31,847 bases of DNA, taken from positions 1 through 31,847 of the IMG/VR virus record IMGVR_UViG_3300011443_000041; one strand, 5' to 3'. Below are positions 17,851 through 25,355 of the stretch, one piece after another. A model generated the notes under the pieces. The model was not told the DNA's origin. It saw only the letters and a list, made by a program, of their open reading frames with translations, and made no database searches. Numbering within the stretch: the stretch's first letter is position 1; every line of letters starts with the position of its first letter. Made by a program: the position numbers and the translations under genes. The stretch comes from a virus (taxonomy: Duplodnaviria; Caudoviricetes).

Positions 17851-18122
17851 GAAGCACCTCGCACCGCGCCGCCCGTCTCGCTGTTGCAGTGAGCGCAGGC
17901 CGGTCTGATGTTGCCGCGCACGTACCTTCCGCCTCGGCAGCCGGGCACGATGCGGTCGACCGTGACGGTGGCCTCAGTGAGGAGTTCGCCGCACCGGTAG
18001 CAGCGGCACGTCGGGACGCCGTGTAGCTTCCAGTCGGCGGCGAACGTTTTCACCAGCCACCGCCGGCGAACTGCGCGGTCGCGGCTGTTGCCCCGGGCGT
18101 TGCCGTTCGTAGTGCCCCTCAC
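17847..18122 (-). CDS. HNH-like protein (DR in place of DH)
   Basis: CYRCG...TVDRIVPGCRGG...NIRPACAHCN. Confidence 0.8.
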   Translation of the reverse strand: MRGTTNGNARGNSRDRAVRRRWLVKTFAADWKLHGVPTCRCYRCGELLTEATVTVDRIVPGCRGGRYVRGNIRPACAHCNSETGGAVRGAS

Positions 18123-19822
18123 GCGGCCCTCCGCAGTCGCTTGCGCGGGTTGAGGTTCGCGCTGATCAGCGCGTCGACCATCGCGGGCGGCACCATGTTG
18201 CCGATGCCGGCTATCTGGTCTTCCTGCGTCTCCGCATCACTGAGGTCGAAGCCCTCGGCGAGCTCGCCCATCGTCCCCCGCAGGAGCTCGGGCGCGGTGA
18301 GCATGCGGAAGCAGACGTCGACCAGCTGGTAGTCAACTCCGTGCACCGTCACGAGGCCCAGGCGAGCTTTCGCGGTCAGGGTACGCATCGGCTCGCGCAG
18401 GTCCTGGCCGCGGCCGGGTGCCTTGTCGTCCCCGTAGTAGGCGGTGAGGAACGCGCGGACTTCTCCGACGTGCATCCCCTTCGCCGTGATTGTCGGGAAT
18501 GGGTCTCGCAGTCCGGCGCCATGGCACTGCCCGCGCAGCTTCACCGGGTTCCCAGTGACGAGCCCGTGGTGGTCTCGGGAGGTGACGGTCCCGATGGGAG
18601 CGCGCAGACTCGAGCCACCATTGAAGCCGCCCTCGCGGTCAGCGCCGAAGTACTTGGTGAGGAATGCGGTGACGAGCGCGTGCTTCCGTCCCTGGGCGAC
18701 GACTGTGCCGAGCGGGTCGCGGAGGTTCAGCACGCGCGCCCGCTGGCCTTTGCGCTCGCCGTAGCCGACCTGGATCAACTGCGGCACCACCATGCTGTGG
18801 CCGCGCCGGCCCGCGGTGATGGTCGAGAACGGCGCCTGGATTGACTCGACGCGGGCCTCGCGTCGACCCTTGCCACCGTGGTTCGCTTTAATGAGGACCG
18901 GTGTGACGATGCCGTGTCGGTTCACCGTGGTGATCGTCGAGAGCGGTGACGACGCAGGACGGTCGGTGCGGCCGGTGCTCTGCTGGTCGATGCTGATGAC
19001 GAACGGGTCCGGGTCTTCGTAGAGGAAGCGACGGAGCCCCTGCGCGATGCGCCACATCGTCTTCTCGACCAGCGGCCGCAGGCGCCCGCCGCAGACCTCG
19101 CAGTGGGTCGGAAGAATGGACGACCGATGCGGGTGCGCGCACGTGCACGGGAAGATGCTCCCGGCCGGGATGTCGAAGTCGATGCACTCGGCCGCGGTGT
19201 GAAACGGAAGCAGGCCAGGCCCGTGCGTCGGCTCCGGGAAGAGCGGCGGAATGCCGTCGTTACTCCCGACGATGAAAAGCCGATTGCGGCGGGTGGGCGC
19301 TCCGTATCTCGAGCAGTCGAGCACCTGCCAGTCGACGTCGTAGCCGAGGCGCTGGCACTGCCTGATGAGCCGGTCGAAGTGCTCGCCCTCACGCTCCGGG
19401 TCCGGCTGACGATCTTTCCCGAGCGGACCCCACTTCTCGAACTCGCGTACGTTCTCGATGAAGAAGAGCGTCGGCTCGAGGTCGCGAAGCCAGTGAGGAA
19501 TGATGTTGGCGAGAGCGCGGATGTCCTGGCGTCGTGGCTTGCTGCCGCGAGCATTGCTGTGGTGGGTGCAGTCCGGCGAGAACCACAGCCCGCCGACCTC
19601 ACCTTTCCGCGCGACATCGCTCGGCCGGGCCCGCCAAAGATTTTCGGTGAAGTGCACCGTGTCGGGGTGATTCCGCTCGTGCACGCGGATTGCGAGAGGC
19701 CAGTGGTTGATGGCGAAGTCCGGCTCTCGGCCGAGAGCTTTCTGCATCCCGAGTGAGGTGCCGCCGAAGCCGGCGAACAGATCGCCCCAAACCATCTTTC
19801 GGAGGTCGAGGAGCTTGCTCAC
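18119..19822 (-). CDS. C5-cytosine DNA methyltransferase (orphan, phage type)
   Basis: DLFAGFGG (motif I), SPDCTHHS (IV), FIENV (VI), YGAPTRRNRLF (VIII), IGNMVPP (X). GTG 19822 coupled to the upstream stop. Confidence 0.93.
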   Translation of the reverse strand: MSKLLDLRKMVWGDLFAGFGGTSLGMQKALGREPDFAINHWPLAIRVHERNHPDTVHFTENLWRARPSDVARKGEVGGLWFSPDCTHHSNARGSKPRRQDIRALANIIPHWLRDLEPTLFFIENVREFEKWGPLGKDRQPDPEREGEHFDRLIRQCQRLGYDVDWQVLDCSRYGAPTRRNRLFIVGSNDGIPPLFPEPTHGPGLLPFHTAAECIDFDIPAGSIFPCTCAHPHRSSILPTHCEVCGGRLRPLVEKTMWRIAQGLRRFLYEDPDPFVISIDQQSTGRTDRPASSPLSTITTVNRHGIVTPVLIKANHGGKGRREARVESIQAPFSTITAGRRGHSMVVPQLIQVGYGERKGQRARVLNLRDPLGTVVAQGRKHALVTAFLTKYFGADREGGFNGGSSLRAPIGTVTSRDHHGLVTGNPVKLRGQCHGAGLRDPFPTITAKGMHVGEVRAFLTAYYGDDKAPGRGQDLREPMRTLTAKARLGLVTVHGVDYQLVDVCFRMLTAPELLRGTMGELAEGFDLSDAETQEDQIAGIGNMVPPAMVDALISANLNPRKRLRRAA

Positions 19823-20040
19823 GTGCCCACCTGCTCGAACATGTCGCCGGCGGCGCCGTCGTCGCTCCGACCGGAAATGCGGCGCCACTCCTCGCGGCGC
19901 CCCATGCTCTCGATGACGATGCGGTCCGCGCCCTCTTCGTGCGAGCCGTACCGCGCATCGAGCTGCTTCCGCGTCGCCTGTGCGTTCCCGCCTCTCGAGC
20001 GGGGCTGCGGCGCGAGCTTCTCGTCGACGTAGGTGCTCAC
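19819..20040 (-). CDS. Hypothetical protein
   Basis: GGAGGT RBS, GTG 20040, high GC3. Confidence 0.6.
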   Translation of the reverse strand: MSTYVDEKLAPQPRSRGGNAQATRKQLDARYGSHEEGADRIVIESMGRREEWRRISGRSDDGAAGDMFEQVGT

Positions 20041-20041
20041 G

Positions 20042-20312
20042 CTACGCACCTCCGAACATCGGTGGCTGTACCGGCTGCGGCGTCACCTCGCCGCGACGCT
20101 TCGGCAGCTTCTCGAGCAGCGCGTCCGGCGACGGCGCGCGGTACGTGACGCCGTTCCACCGCACCGCGTACAGCCCGTCCTTCGACCGCAGCGTGCGCGG
20201 CGAACCGAGTCGCTCCTTCACCGCGGCGCGGAAACGCTTCTTGTCCTCCTCGAACTTCTTGAGGAGCTCGCGGATTTCCCCGAATACCCCCCCCCGGTGC
20301 GCGTTTAGCCAT
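20042..20312 (-). pseudogene. Hypothetical gene out of frame at a G9 tract (phase-OFF state or sequencing error)
   Basis: RBS plus ATG 20312 reads MAKRAPGG. The high-GC3 body (FGEIRELLKKFEEDKKRF...) is reached only with G8. Confidence 0.7.
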
Positions 20313-20487
20313 CGGCCACCTCGCTCTCCTGCTCGAGCTCGTCCTCGTCGATGCCCTGCTCGCCCGAGGTGAGCGCGTACGGGTCCTTCAGGACGTAGCC
20401 GCTGCCGTTGCACCGCTCGCACTCGCCACCGACACAGCCGATGCAGTTCGGGCAGAGGATGCGCTGAAGCTTCGGAAGGTCAGCCAC
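20305..20487 (-). CDS. Small Zn-finger protein (CxxC, CxxCxGxG)
   Basis: CPNCIGC...CERCNGSG with an acidic tail. Confidence 0.65.
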   Translation of the reverse strand: MADLPKLQRILCPNCIGCVGGECERCNGSGYVLKDPYALTSGEQGIDEDELEQESEVADG

Positions 20488-20899
20488 GGCGTCGCTCCTG
20501 ACGCTCGACCGCGAGCAGCGCGTAGCCGAGCACGTCCCGCCACGGCGACTCGCCGAGCGCATCGCGGTCGGTCGCGATGCGGAACAGCTTGTCGAGCACG
20601 CGCACCACCGTGAGCGCGTCGTCGAGCTTCTCCGGCGCGACCCCGTTCGGGTACAGCAGCCGCATCACCTCGCCCGACTTGCCGAAGCTGTCGCCGTACG
20701 CGGCCTGCTTCTTCACCACCAGGTCGGCCGCGCCACGCGCGACCGAGTGGTACGCGGTGCCGCCGCGCGCGGTGTCGAGCTGCTCGAGCAGCCACACGGC
20801 ATCGCTCACGTTGAGCAACGTGAACTCGCGCGACACGCCGCTCTCCGGCTTCGCGACCCGCGCGACGAGCTCGCGCAGTTGCTGCTCTCGGTCAGACAT
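20480..20899 (-). CDS. DUF1599/nucleotide-modification-associated-like helical protein
   Basis: LVVKKQAAYGDSF...RVLDKLFRI...ESPWRDVLGYALL pattern. Confidence 0.65.
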   Translation of the reverse strand: MSDREQQLRELVARVAKPESGVSREFTLLNVSDAVWLLEQLDTARGGTAYHSVARGAADLVVKKQAAYGDSFGKSGEVMRLLYPNGVAPEKLDDALTVVRVLDKLFRIATDRDALGESPWRDVLGYALLAVERQERRRG

Positions 20900-21674
20900 G
20901 GCTCGCCTCCAGCAGCGGCATTCCCTCGGGGTTGCGCCTCGCCTCGCGCTCGAGCCGCTCCCGCTCAGGGAAGACGGTCTGCCCGTCGAGCGCGACCAGG
21001 TGGAACGGGCCGCGCTCGTGGCGGTGCTTCACGTCAACCCCGTGCGCCGGCAGCTTGCAGGTGCGGCCGGAGAGCGCGCAGACGGCCCGGCAGCTCCCCG
21101 CGAACCTCACCCGCACCTTCTCGAGCGTCGCCGCCTCGAGCTGGCGCATCCGCTCGCGCGTGACGTTCATCACCGCGCCCGTCGCCTCGAGCGTCTGCGG
21201 CCCGGCGTCGGCGATGTCGAGCGAGCAGCTCGCCTTCAGCTCCGCCACGTCGACGTCGGGCCGGTTGATGACGAGCGATCCGGCCGGCGTGATGTCGAGG
21301 TACGTGTGGTAGCGACAGCCGACGAACGGGCACGGCCGCTCGCCGCCGAAGCAGTCGCCGCGCGTCTTCGGCCGCTGCGCCTCGACGGGTGGCTCCTTCG
21401 GCCCGAGCCGCTTCCGGTCGAGCCGCGCGTCCCGCGCGAGCCGCTTCTGCGACAGCGTCTTGCTGACCCGAGCCCCAGCCGTCGGCGGCGGCAGCTCGAA
21501 CGGCGACGGAGAAACTTCACCCCCGGCGACGGCTGAGGTTGTCACCGTCCCGGGAGCATCTGGAGGTTTTGCCCGTGTCGTGTCGGGTGCGCCGCCACCT
21601 CCAGTGGGCGCGCTTTTCTTGAGCGCGGCGAGCACGAGGGCCCGCCTCCGCATGAAGTCGTTCGCGTCACTCAC
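20892..21674 (-). CDS. Sigma-70 region-4 HTH protein with Cys cluster; candidate late-gene regulator
   Basis: TLEATGAVMNVTRERMRQLEAATLEKVR matches sigma region 4.2; preceded by RPKTRGDC...PCPFVGCRYH...SCSLD. No region 2 recognised. Confidence 0.8.
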   Translation of the reverse strand: MSDANDFMRRRALVLAALKKSAPTGGGGAPDTTRAKPPDAPGTVTTSAVAGGEVSPSPFELPPPTAGARVSKTLSQKRLARDARLDRKRLGPKEPPVEAQRPKTRGDCFGGERPCPFVGCRYHTYLDITPAGSLVINRPDVDVAELKASCSLDIADAGPQTLEATGAVMNVTRERMRQLEAATLEKVRVRFAGSCRAVCALSGRTCKLPAHGVDVKHRHERGPFHLVALDGQTVFPERERLEREARRNPEGMPLLEASHV

Positions 21675-22032
21675 GGACGGGCGCCTCGATGGTGTCGACC
21701 GCCTGCTTCACCGCGGCGAGCCAGCCCTCGCAGTACGTGTTCAGCAGCGCCTCGGGGTCGTGCCCCATCGCCTCGGCGACGACGCGGAACCGCTTCTGCG
21801 CGTCGCTCTTCGCCTTAGGCAGCTTCGCCTCGACGACGCCGAGCTCGAGCCGGTCGAGCACGTCGGCCTTCGGCTTCGTCGCGCGCGGCTTCTTCTTGCC
21901 AGCCTTCGAACCGGCGCTGCCGGGCGGGTAGCCCTGCTGGCACGGCGTGCAGACGCCGGTCTTGTTCTGCGTGCTGATGTGGTTGCCGCAGCCCTCGCGG
22001 CTACAGGTCTTGTCGCTCATCTTCACAGCCAT
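21667..22032 (-). CDS. Hypothetical protein with N-terminal Cys4 motif
   Basis: GAGGTG RBS, ATG 22032; CSREGC...CTPC. Confidence 0.7.
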   Translation of the reverse strand: MAVKMSDKTCSREGCGNHISTQNKTGVCTPCQQGYPPGSAGSKAGKKKPRATKPKADVLDRLELGVVEAKLPKAKSDAQKRFRVVAEAMGHDPEALLNTYCEGWLAAVKQAVDTIEAPVRE

Positions 22033-22037
22033 CGGTG

Positions 22038-22214
22038 TCACCTCGGGTGCTGCGGGTTGTTCGTCCGGGCGCCCGGACGTGGGGGGGGTAGAGGCGAGTC
22101 GCCGTGCTCCGCGGAGAGCAGCTCCAGCCACACCTCGAGCGGGATGCCCGACGGGCGCGTCTGACCGCGGCACGCCAGGGCCGCGTCGATCGACTCGGGG
22201 TCGGCGCAGATCAG
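22038..22214 (-). CDS. Small hypothetical protein (possible CTG start)
   Basis: High-GC3 frame ICADPESIDAALAC... fills the gap between neighbours; the only coupled start is CTG overlapping the upstream TGA. Confidence 0.4.
   Translation of the reverse strand: MICADPESIDAALACRGQTRPSGIPLEVWLELLSAEHGDSPLPPPRPGARTNNPQHPR
22062..22079. promoter_or_regulatory. 18-bp palindromic site, copy 5
   Basis: CGTCCGGGCGCCCGGACG (perfect palindrome). Confidence 0.7.
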
Positions 22215-22510
22215 ACCGACCCCCGCTTCTTCAACTGCGGCGTGAACTCGGCCGGCGTCTTCACGCGCGAGCGCTCGGCGTCGGCGGCGCTCGGTGAGTC
22301 GAGCTCGATGCCGCCGCACAGCGCGCGCAGCAGGAACGCGTCGGCCCGCTCGTGCGCCTCCGCGTGCGCGCGCTCGATGCCCTCGAGCACGCCGCGCCGG
22401 TACACCTGCCACTCCCGCTTCGACGCCGGCAGTGAACTGTCGTTCAGCTGTGACGATCGCTCGCCCGGCGTCAGCGGCGGCTGCCGCTGCTTCTTCCTCG
22501 CGCTGGCCAT
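22211..22510 (-). CDS. Hypothetical protein
   Basis: 99 aa, GAGGGG RBS, high GC3. Confidence 0.65.
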   Translation of the reverse strand: MASARKKQRQPPLTPGERSSQLNDSSLPASKREWQVYRRGVLEGIERAHAEAHERADAFLLRALCGGIELDSPSAADAERSRVKTPAEFTPQLKKRGSV

Positions 22511-22513
22511 CGG

Positions 22514-22771
22514 TCAGCCCCTCGCAAGCGGGCGAAGAATGGCCAGAACCGGGTCGTGGACCGGGAGAGGACCGAACTTTTGAACAGGTTCACTGAACGG
22601 CTGTGAAGCCCTGGACGATTCGAGCCCACCGACGCCGAGGAAAACTCGTCGGTTTGCATTCGCTGGACGCGCGCGCAATCCCTGGACGCGCCTGCCCGCG
22701 GACATTCGTTCCGCCGTCGTACCGTCTCCAGGTCGTAACATCGTGCCGCCTTTCGCTTTGCTCTTCGCCAT
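22514..22771 (-). CDS. Doubtful hypothetical ORF spanning the attP-like region
   Basis: Has GGGAGG RBS and ATG, but atypical codon usage over the repeat-rich region. Confidence 0.3.
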   Translation of the reverse strand: MAKSKAKGGTMLRPGDGTTAERMSAGRRVQGLRARPANANRRVFLGVGGLESSRASQPFSEPVQKFGPLPVHDPVLAILRPLARG

Positions 22772-22842
22772 GTTGGTGAACCCCTCCCGCTATGCGGTTT
22801 GCTGCTTGGCCGGCGTTTGGACCGGCTGTGGACCCAATTTTT
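22557..22842. other. Putative attP region (arm-type repeats)
   Basis: TGGACCGGGAGAGGACCGAACTTTT (22557) and TGGACCGGCTGTGGACCCAATTTTT (22818) match at 20/25 and flank three CTGGACG copies; located at the 3' end of int. Confidence 0.55.
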
Positions 22843-24004
22843 CGACCCCTGCGCGGAGGTCTTCCGTGAGCAGGTGGCCGTAGGTGTCGACGGTGATGTT
22901 GATGCTCGAGTGCCTCAGGATGCGCTGCACGTGCTGCACGGGGACGCCGGCCTTGAGCAGCAGCGTCGCGCAGGTGTGCCGCATCGTGTGCCCGTTCACG
23001 CGGCGCACCAGCGCTCGCGGCCAGAGCATCATGTTGCACTCCGGGCAGCGGTAGGTGCCCTCGACCTGGTGCACCTCGACGTGCGGCTTTACCTTCGCGT
23101 TGGTCTTCGAGCCGTGCAGGCACCGGCGGCAGCTGTACTGCCAGCCGGTGATCAACCGAGCCCGCTTCATCGCGGCGCGCAGCAGGTCCTCCGGCGCCGC
23201 GTACTCGGTGCGCTGCTTGCCGTCGACGCCCGGGAAGAGCCACGGCCCCGACGTCTTCAGCGCCTCGGCGATGTACGGCGCCAGCGCGGTCGAGACCGGC
23301 AGCACGTCGACCCGCTTCCCCTTCGTCGACTCCCACGCGTAGCTGCGCTGCACGGTGAGGGTACGGCGGTCGGCGTCGTAGTCGGTCTTCTTGAGCCCCG
23401 CGAGTTCGCCCTTGCGGAGCCCGAGCCAGCAGGCGGCGGCGAACCACGAGCGCCAGGGCGTGTGCACGTGGTGAATGACGAGCTCGACCTCTCGCTCGCT
23501 CAGCGTCTCCTTCGGCGCGCGCACCACCTCGCGGCGCTTCGTGTTGCCGATGGGGTTGTCGCCCGCCCACAGCCCGGCCCGCTTCGCGCGGGTGAAGGTC
23601 GAGTACAGGTACGCGCGCAGCAGGTTGATGGTGCGAGGCGCGTAGCCGTCGGCCTCGAGCTTCTCGAAGTAGGGGTCGAGCAGCTGCGAGTTGACCTGGC
23701 GCAGCGGGACGCCGCCGTGCGGCTGCCGCTTCACGTGCACGCTCATGAACGACCGGTGGCGCACGATGCTGCGCGCTGAGACGTGCTTCTTCAGCCACCA
23801 GTCGACGAGCGTCCAGAGCGTGTAGCCCATGTCGGGCGGCCGAGCCTCGAGGCCGGCCCGCTGCCGCTCGACCTGGTTGACGAACTCGGCGTGCAGCGCC
23901 TGCGCGTCGACCTTCTTCACCGCGGTGGTGGCGCGGCGCGTCCAGCGGCCGTCGACCGTCTTCCACTTCACGTACCAGACGCCGCCGCGGTTCGTGACGC
24001 CCAT
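22790..24004 (-). CDS. int: Tyrosine integrase with Zn-ribbon insertion
   Basis: GLRKGE (R), TKGK (K), HTMRH, ILRHS and DTYGH catalytic set; CRRC...CPEC insertion before HxxR. ATG 24004 coupled to the xis stop. Confidence 0.95.
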   Translation of the reverse strand: MGVTNRGGVWYVKWKTVDGRWTRRATTAVKKVDAQALHAEFVNQVERQRAGLEARPPDMGYTLWTLVDWWLKKHVSARSIVRHRSFMSVHVKRQPHGGVPLRQVNSQLLDPYFEKLEADGYAPRTINLLRAYLYSTFTRAKRAGLWAGDNPIGNTKRREVVRAPKETLSEREVELVIHHVHTPWRSWFAAACWLGLRKGELAGLKKTDYDADRRTLTVQRSYAWESTKGKRVDVLPVSTALAPYIAEALKTSGPWLFPGVDGKQRTEYAAPEDLLRAAMKRARLITGWQYSCRRCLHGSKTNAKVKPHVEVHQVEGTYRCPECNMMLWPRALVRRVNGHTMRHTCATLLLKAGVPVQHVQRILRHSSINITVDTYGHLLTEDLRAGVEKLGPQPVQTPAKQQTA

Positions 24005-24237
24005 CAGCCCTGCCTCTTGAGCGAGACGACGTTGTTGCTCTTCCGCTCGCCGCGCGCCCAGGCCTTCACCTCTTCGGGCTCGAAGCGCAGCAAGCCGCCG
24101 ACGCGCATCGACGGGATGGCGTCGACGCCGGCGATGCGCTGGTACACCCAGCTGCGCGACGTCTTCAGGTAGGCGGCGACGTCCTGCACGGTCCATAGCG
24201 AGGGCGAGGCCTCGGGAGGCGTGGAAATCGAGATCAT
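24004..24237 (-). CDS. xis: Excisionase-like HTH protein
   Basis: LWTVQDVAAYLKTSRSWVY...IPSMRVGGLLRF; directly upstream of int. Confidence 0.85.
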   Translation of the reverse strand: MISISTPPEASPSLWTVQDVAAYLKTSRSWVYQRIAGVDAIPSMRVGGLLRFEPEEVKAWARGERKSNNVVSLKRQG

Positions 24238-24278
24238 GCCGCCTCCGTGGCAGGCTGTGCCCCAATCAGGGGGTTCAC

Positions 24279-24506
24279 ATGGGAAACGCGCTCGGCGGTG
24301 TTTTCGCGACAGTTATCGTCGTCTTTGTCGCGCTCGGTATCTTCCTCGCGATGCGTGAGATCTGGTGTTGGTACTGGAAGATCAACGAGGCGGTCGTCGA
24401 CCTGCGCGCCATCCTCATCGAGCTGCAGAAGCTCAACGCCCGAGAGGAAGCGAAGACCACCGCTTCCGGCCCCGTGTTCGACATGAACGCGACGCATCGC
24501 GGTTAA
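24279..24506 (+). CDS. Small single-pass membrane protein, antisense to the surrounding operon
   Basis: AGGGGG RBS; hydrophobic residues about 4-25, then REIWCWYWKINE and an amphipathic helix. Confidence 0.7.
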   Translation: MGNALGGVFATVIVVFVALGIFLAMREIWCWYWKINEAVVDLRAILIELQKLNAREEAKTTASGPVFDMNATHRG

Positions 24507-24679
24507 GGCAGCACCACGTAGCGCTGCCCCTTCGACCAGAAGCTGAACACCAGCCCCGTGCGGATCCACACCGACAAGCGCTCGCGGGAGATGCCGAGCG
24601 ACTTCGCCGCTCGCGCCTCCGTCACCAGCGCGCCAGACTTCCCCTCGACAGCCTTCCGCTTCTCGTTCTTCACGGACAT
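24503..24679 (-). CDS. Small HTH DNA-binding protein (Cro/Xis-like)
   Basis: VTEARAAKSLGISRERLSVWIRTG. Confidence 0.65.
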   Translation of the reverse strand: MSVKNEKRKAVEGKSGALVTEARAAKSLGISRERLSVWIRTGLVFSFWSKGQRYVVLP

Positions 24680-24840
24680 CGTCCGTGCCTTCGTCTTTTG
24701 GTGAGGCATTCGATCCTGCCCACCTCACCACCGGGGAGCATGCCGCTCCGACCACGGGCAAGGTAATAGCCGAAGGGTCTGACACCCACGGCAAGGTGGC
24801 GGAAAAGCGCACGATCTCTCCGGGTTCCGGTAGATCGGCC

Positions 24841-25260
24841 TTAGCCGCGTTTGGTGGACTTCGTTTTGGCGAGGACCCGGCGCGCGTACGACTGCATCGC
24901 CTTCACGTCCTTCGGGTCTGGCAGGGGCTCGTTGAGCACGTCGGTGATGATCTTCTCCCGACGTACCAGCCCGTTGTGGGTGGCGTCCTTGAGCACGCTG
25001 CGACGGCTCTGCTGCTTGCCGAGCTCGACGCCCTCCTCCTGAGCCGCCTCGATCTCAGCCGCGGCCAAGGCGTTCAGGTACACGGCGAGCTGTTCGGCGC
25101 GCTTCAGATCCGCAATCGAAACATCAACCGAAATGGACTTCAGAAGCTCAATGCCCGACGCAGTCGGACTCTCGTCTTCCTCAATGCCGGCGGCCACCCT
25201 GAAAGGCACCTTCTCAGAGTGGGTCGGCTCGCTCAACTGAACAGCTGTTGCGGTTCGCAT
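24841..25260 (-). CDS. Candidate repressor (possible ribbon-helix-helix with insertion), leaderless
   Basis: First gene left of the divergent promoters; KSISVDVS strand, helix, insertion, then SRRSVLKDA helix. Confidence 0.5.
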   Translation of the reverse strand: MRTATAVQLSEPTHSEKVPFRVAAGIEEDESPTASGIELLKSISVDVSIADLKRAEQLAVYLNALAAAEIEAAQEEGVELGKQQSRRSVLKDATHNGLVRREKIITDVLNEPLPDPKDVKAMQSYARRVLAKTKSTKRG

Positions 25261-25355
25261 GTTCAGAGCATCGCCGATGGCGATTCTAAATGCAACTCAA
25301 GAAGTGAATCAAAAAGTGATTGACGAACTGAACCACTGGTCTGTATCCTTGATGC
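25261..25355. promoter_or_regulatory. Divergent sigma-70-type promoters / genetic switch region
   Basis: AT-rich island. Rightward TTGACG(25320)-N18-TATCCT(25344)-N6-ATG. Leftward TTGCAT(25295)-N17-GATGCT-N6-ATG, or TTGATT-N18-TAGAAT. Inverted repeat ATCGCC-N3-GGCGAT at 25270-25284. Confidence 0.7.

Noticed and set aside
22081-22088. Third homopolymer (G8 on plus strand), with the same GGGGGGGGTAGAG context as the Dam tract
   Set aside because: The minus-strand frame keeps high GC3 on both sides of the tract, and the next gene has its own RBS and ATG (22032), so no frameshift is needed. Not counted as a phase-variable locus.
22612-22640. GATTCGAGCCCACCGACGCC resembling a tRNA T-arm/3' end
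   Set aside because: No GTTC, no pairing T-stem, no cloverleaf or CCA; at most a weak hint of an att core.
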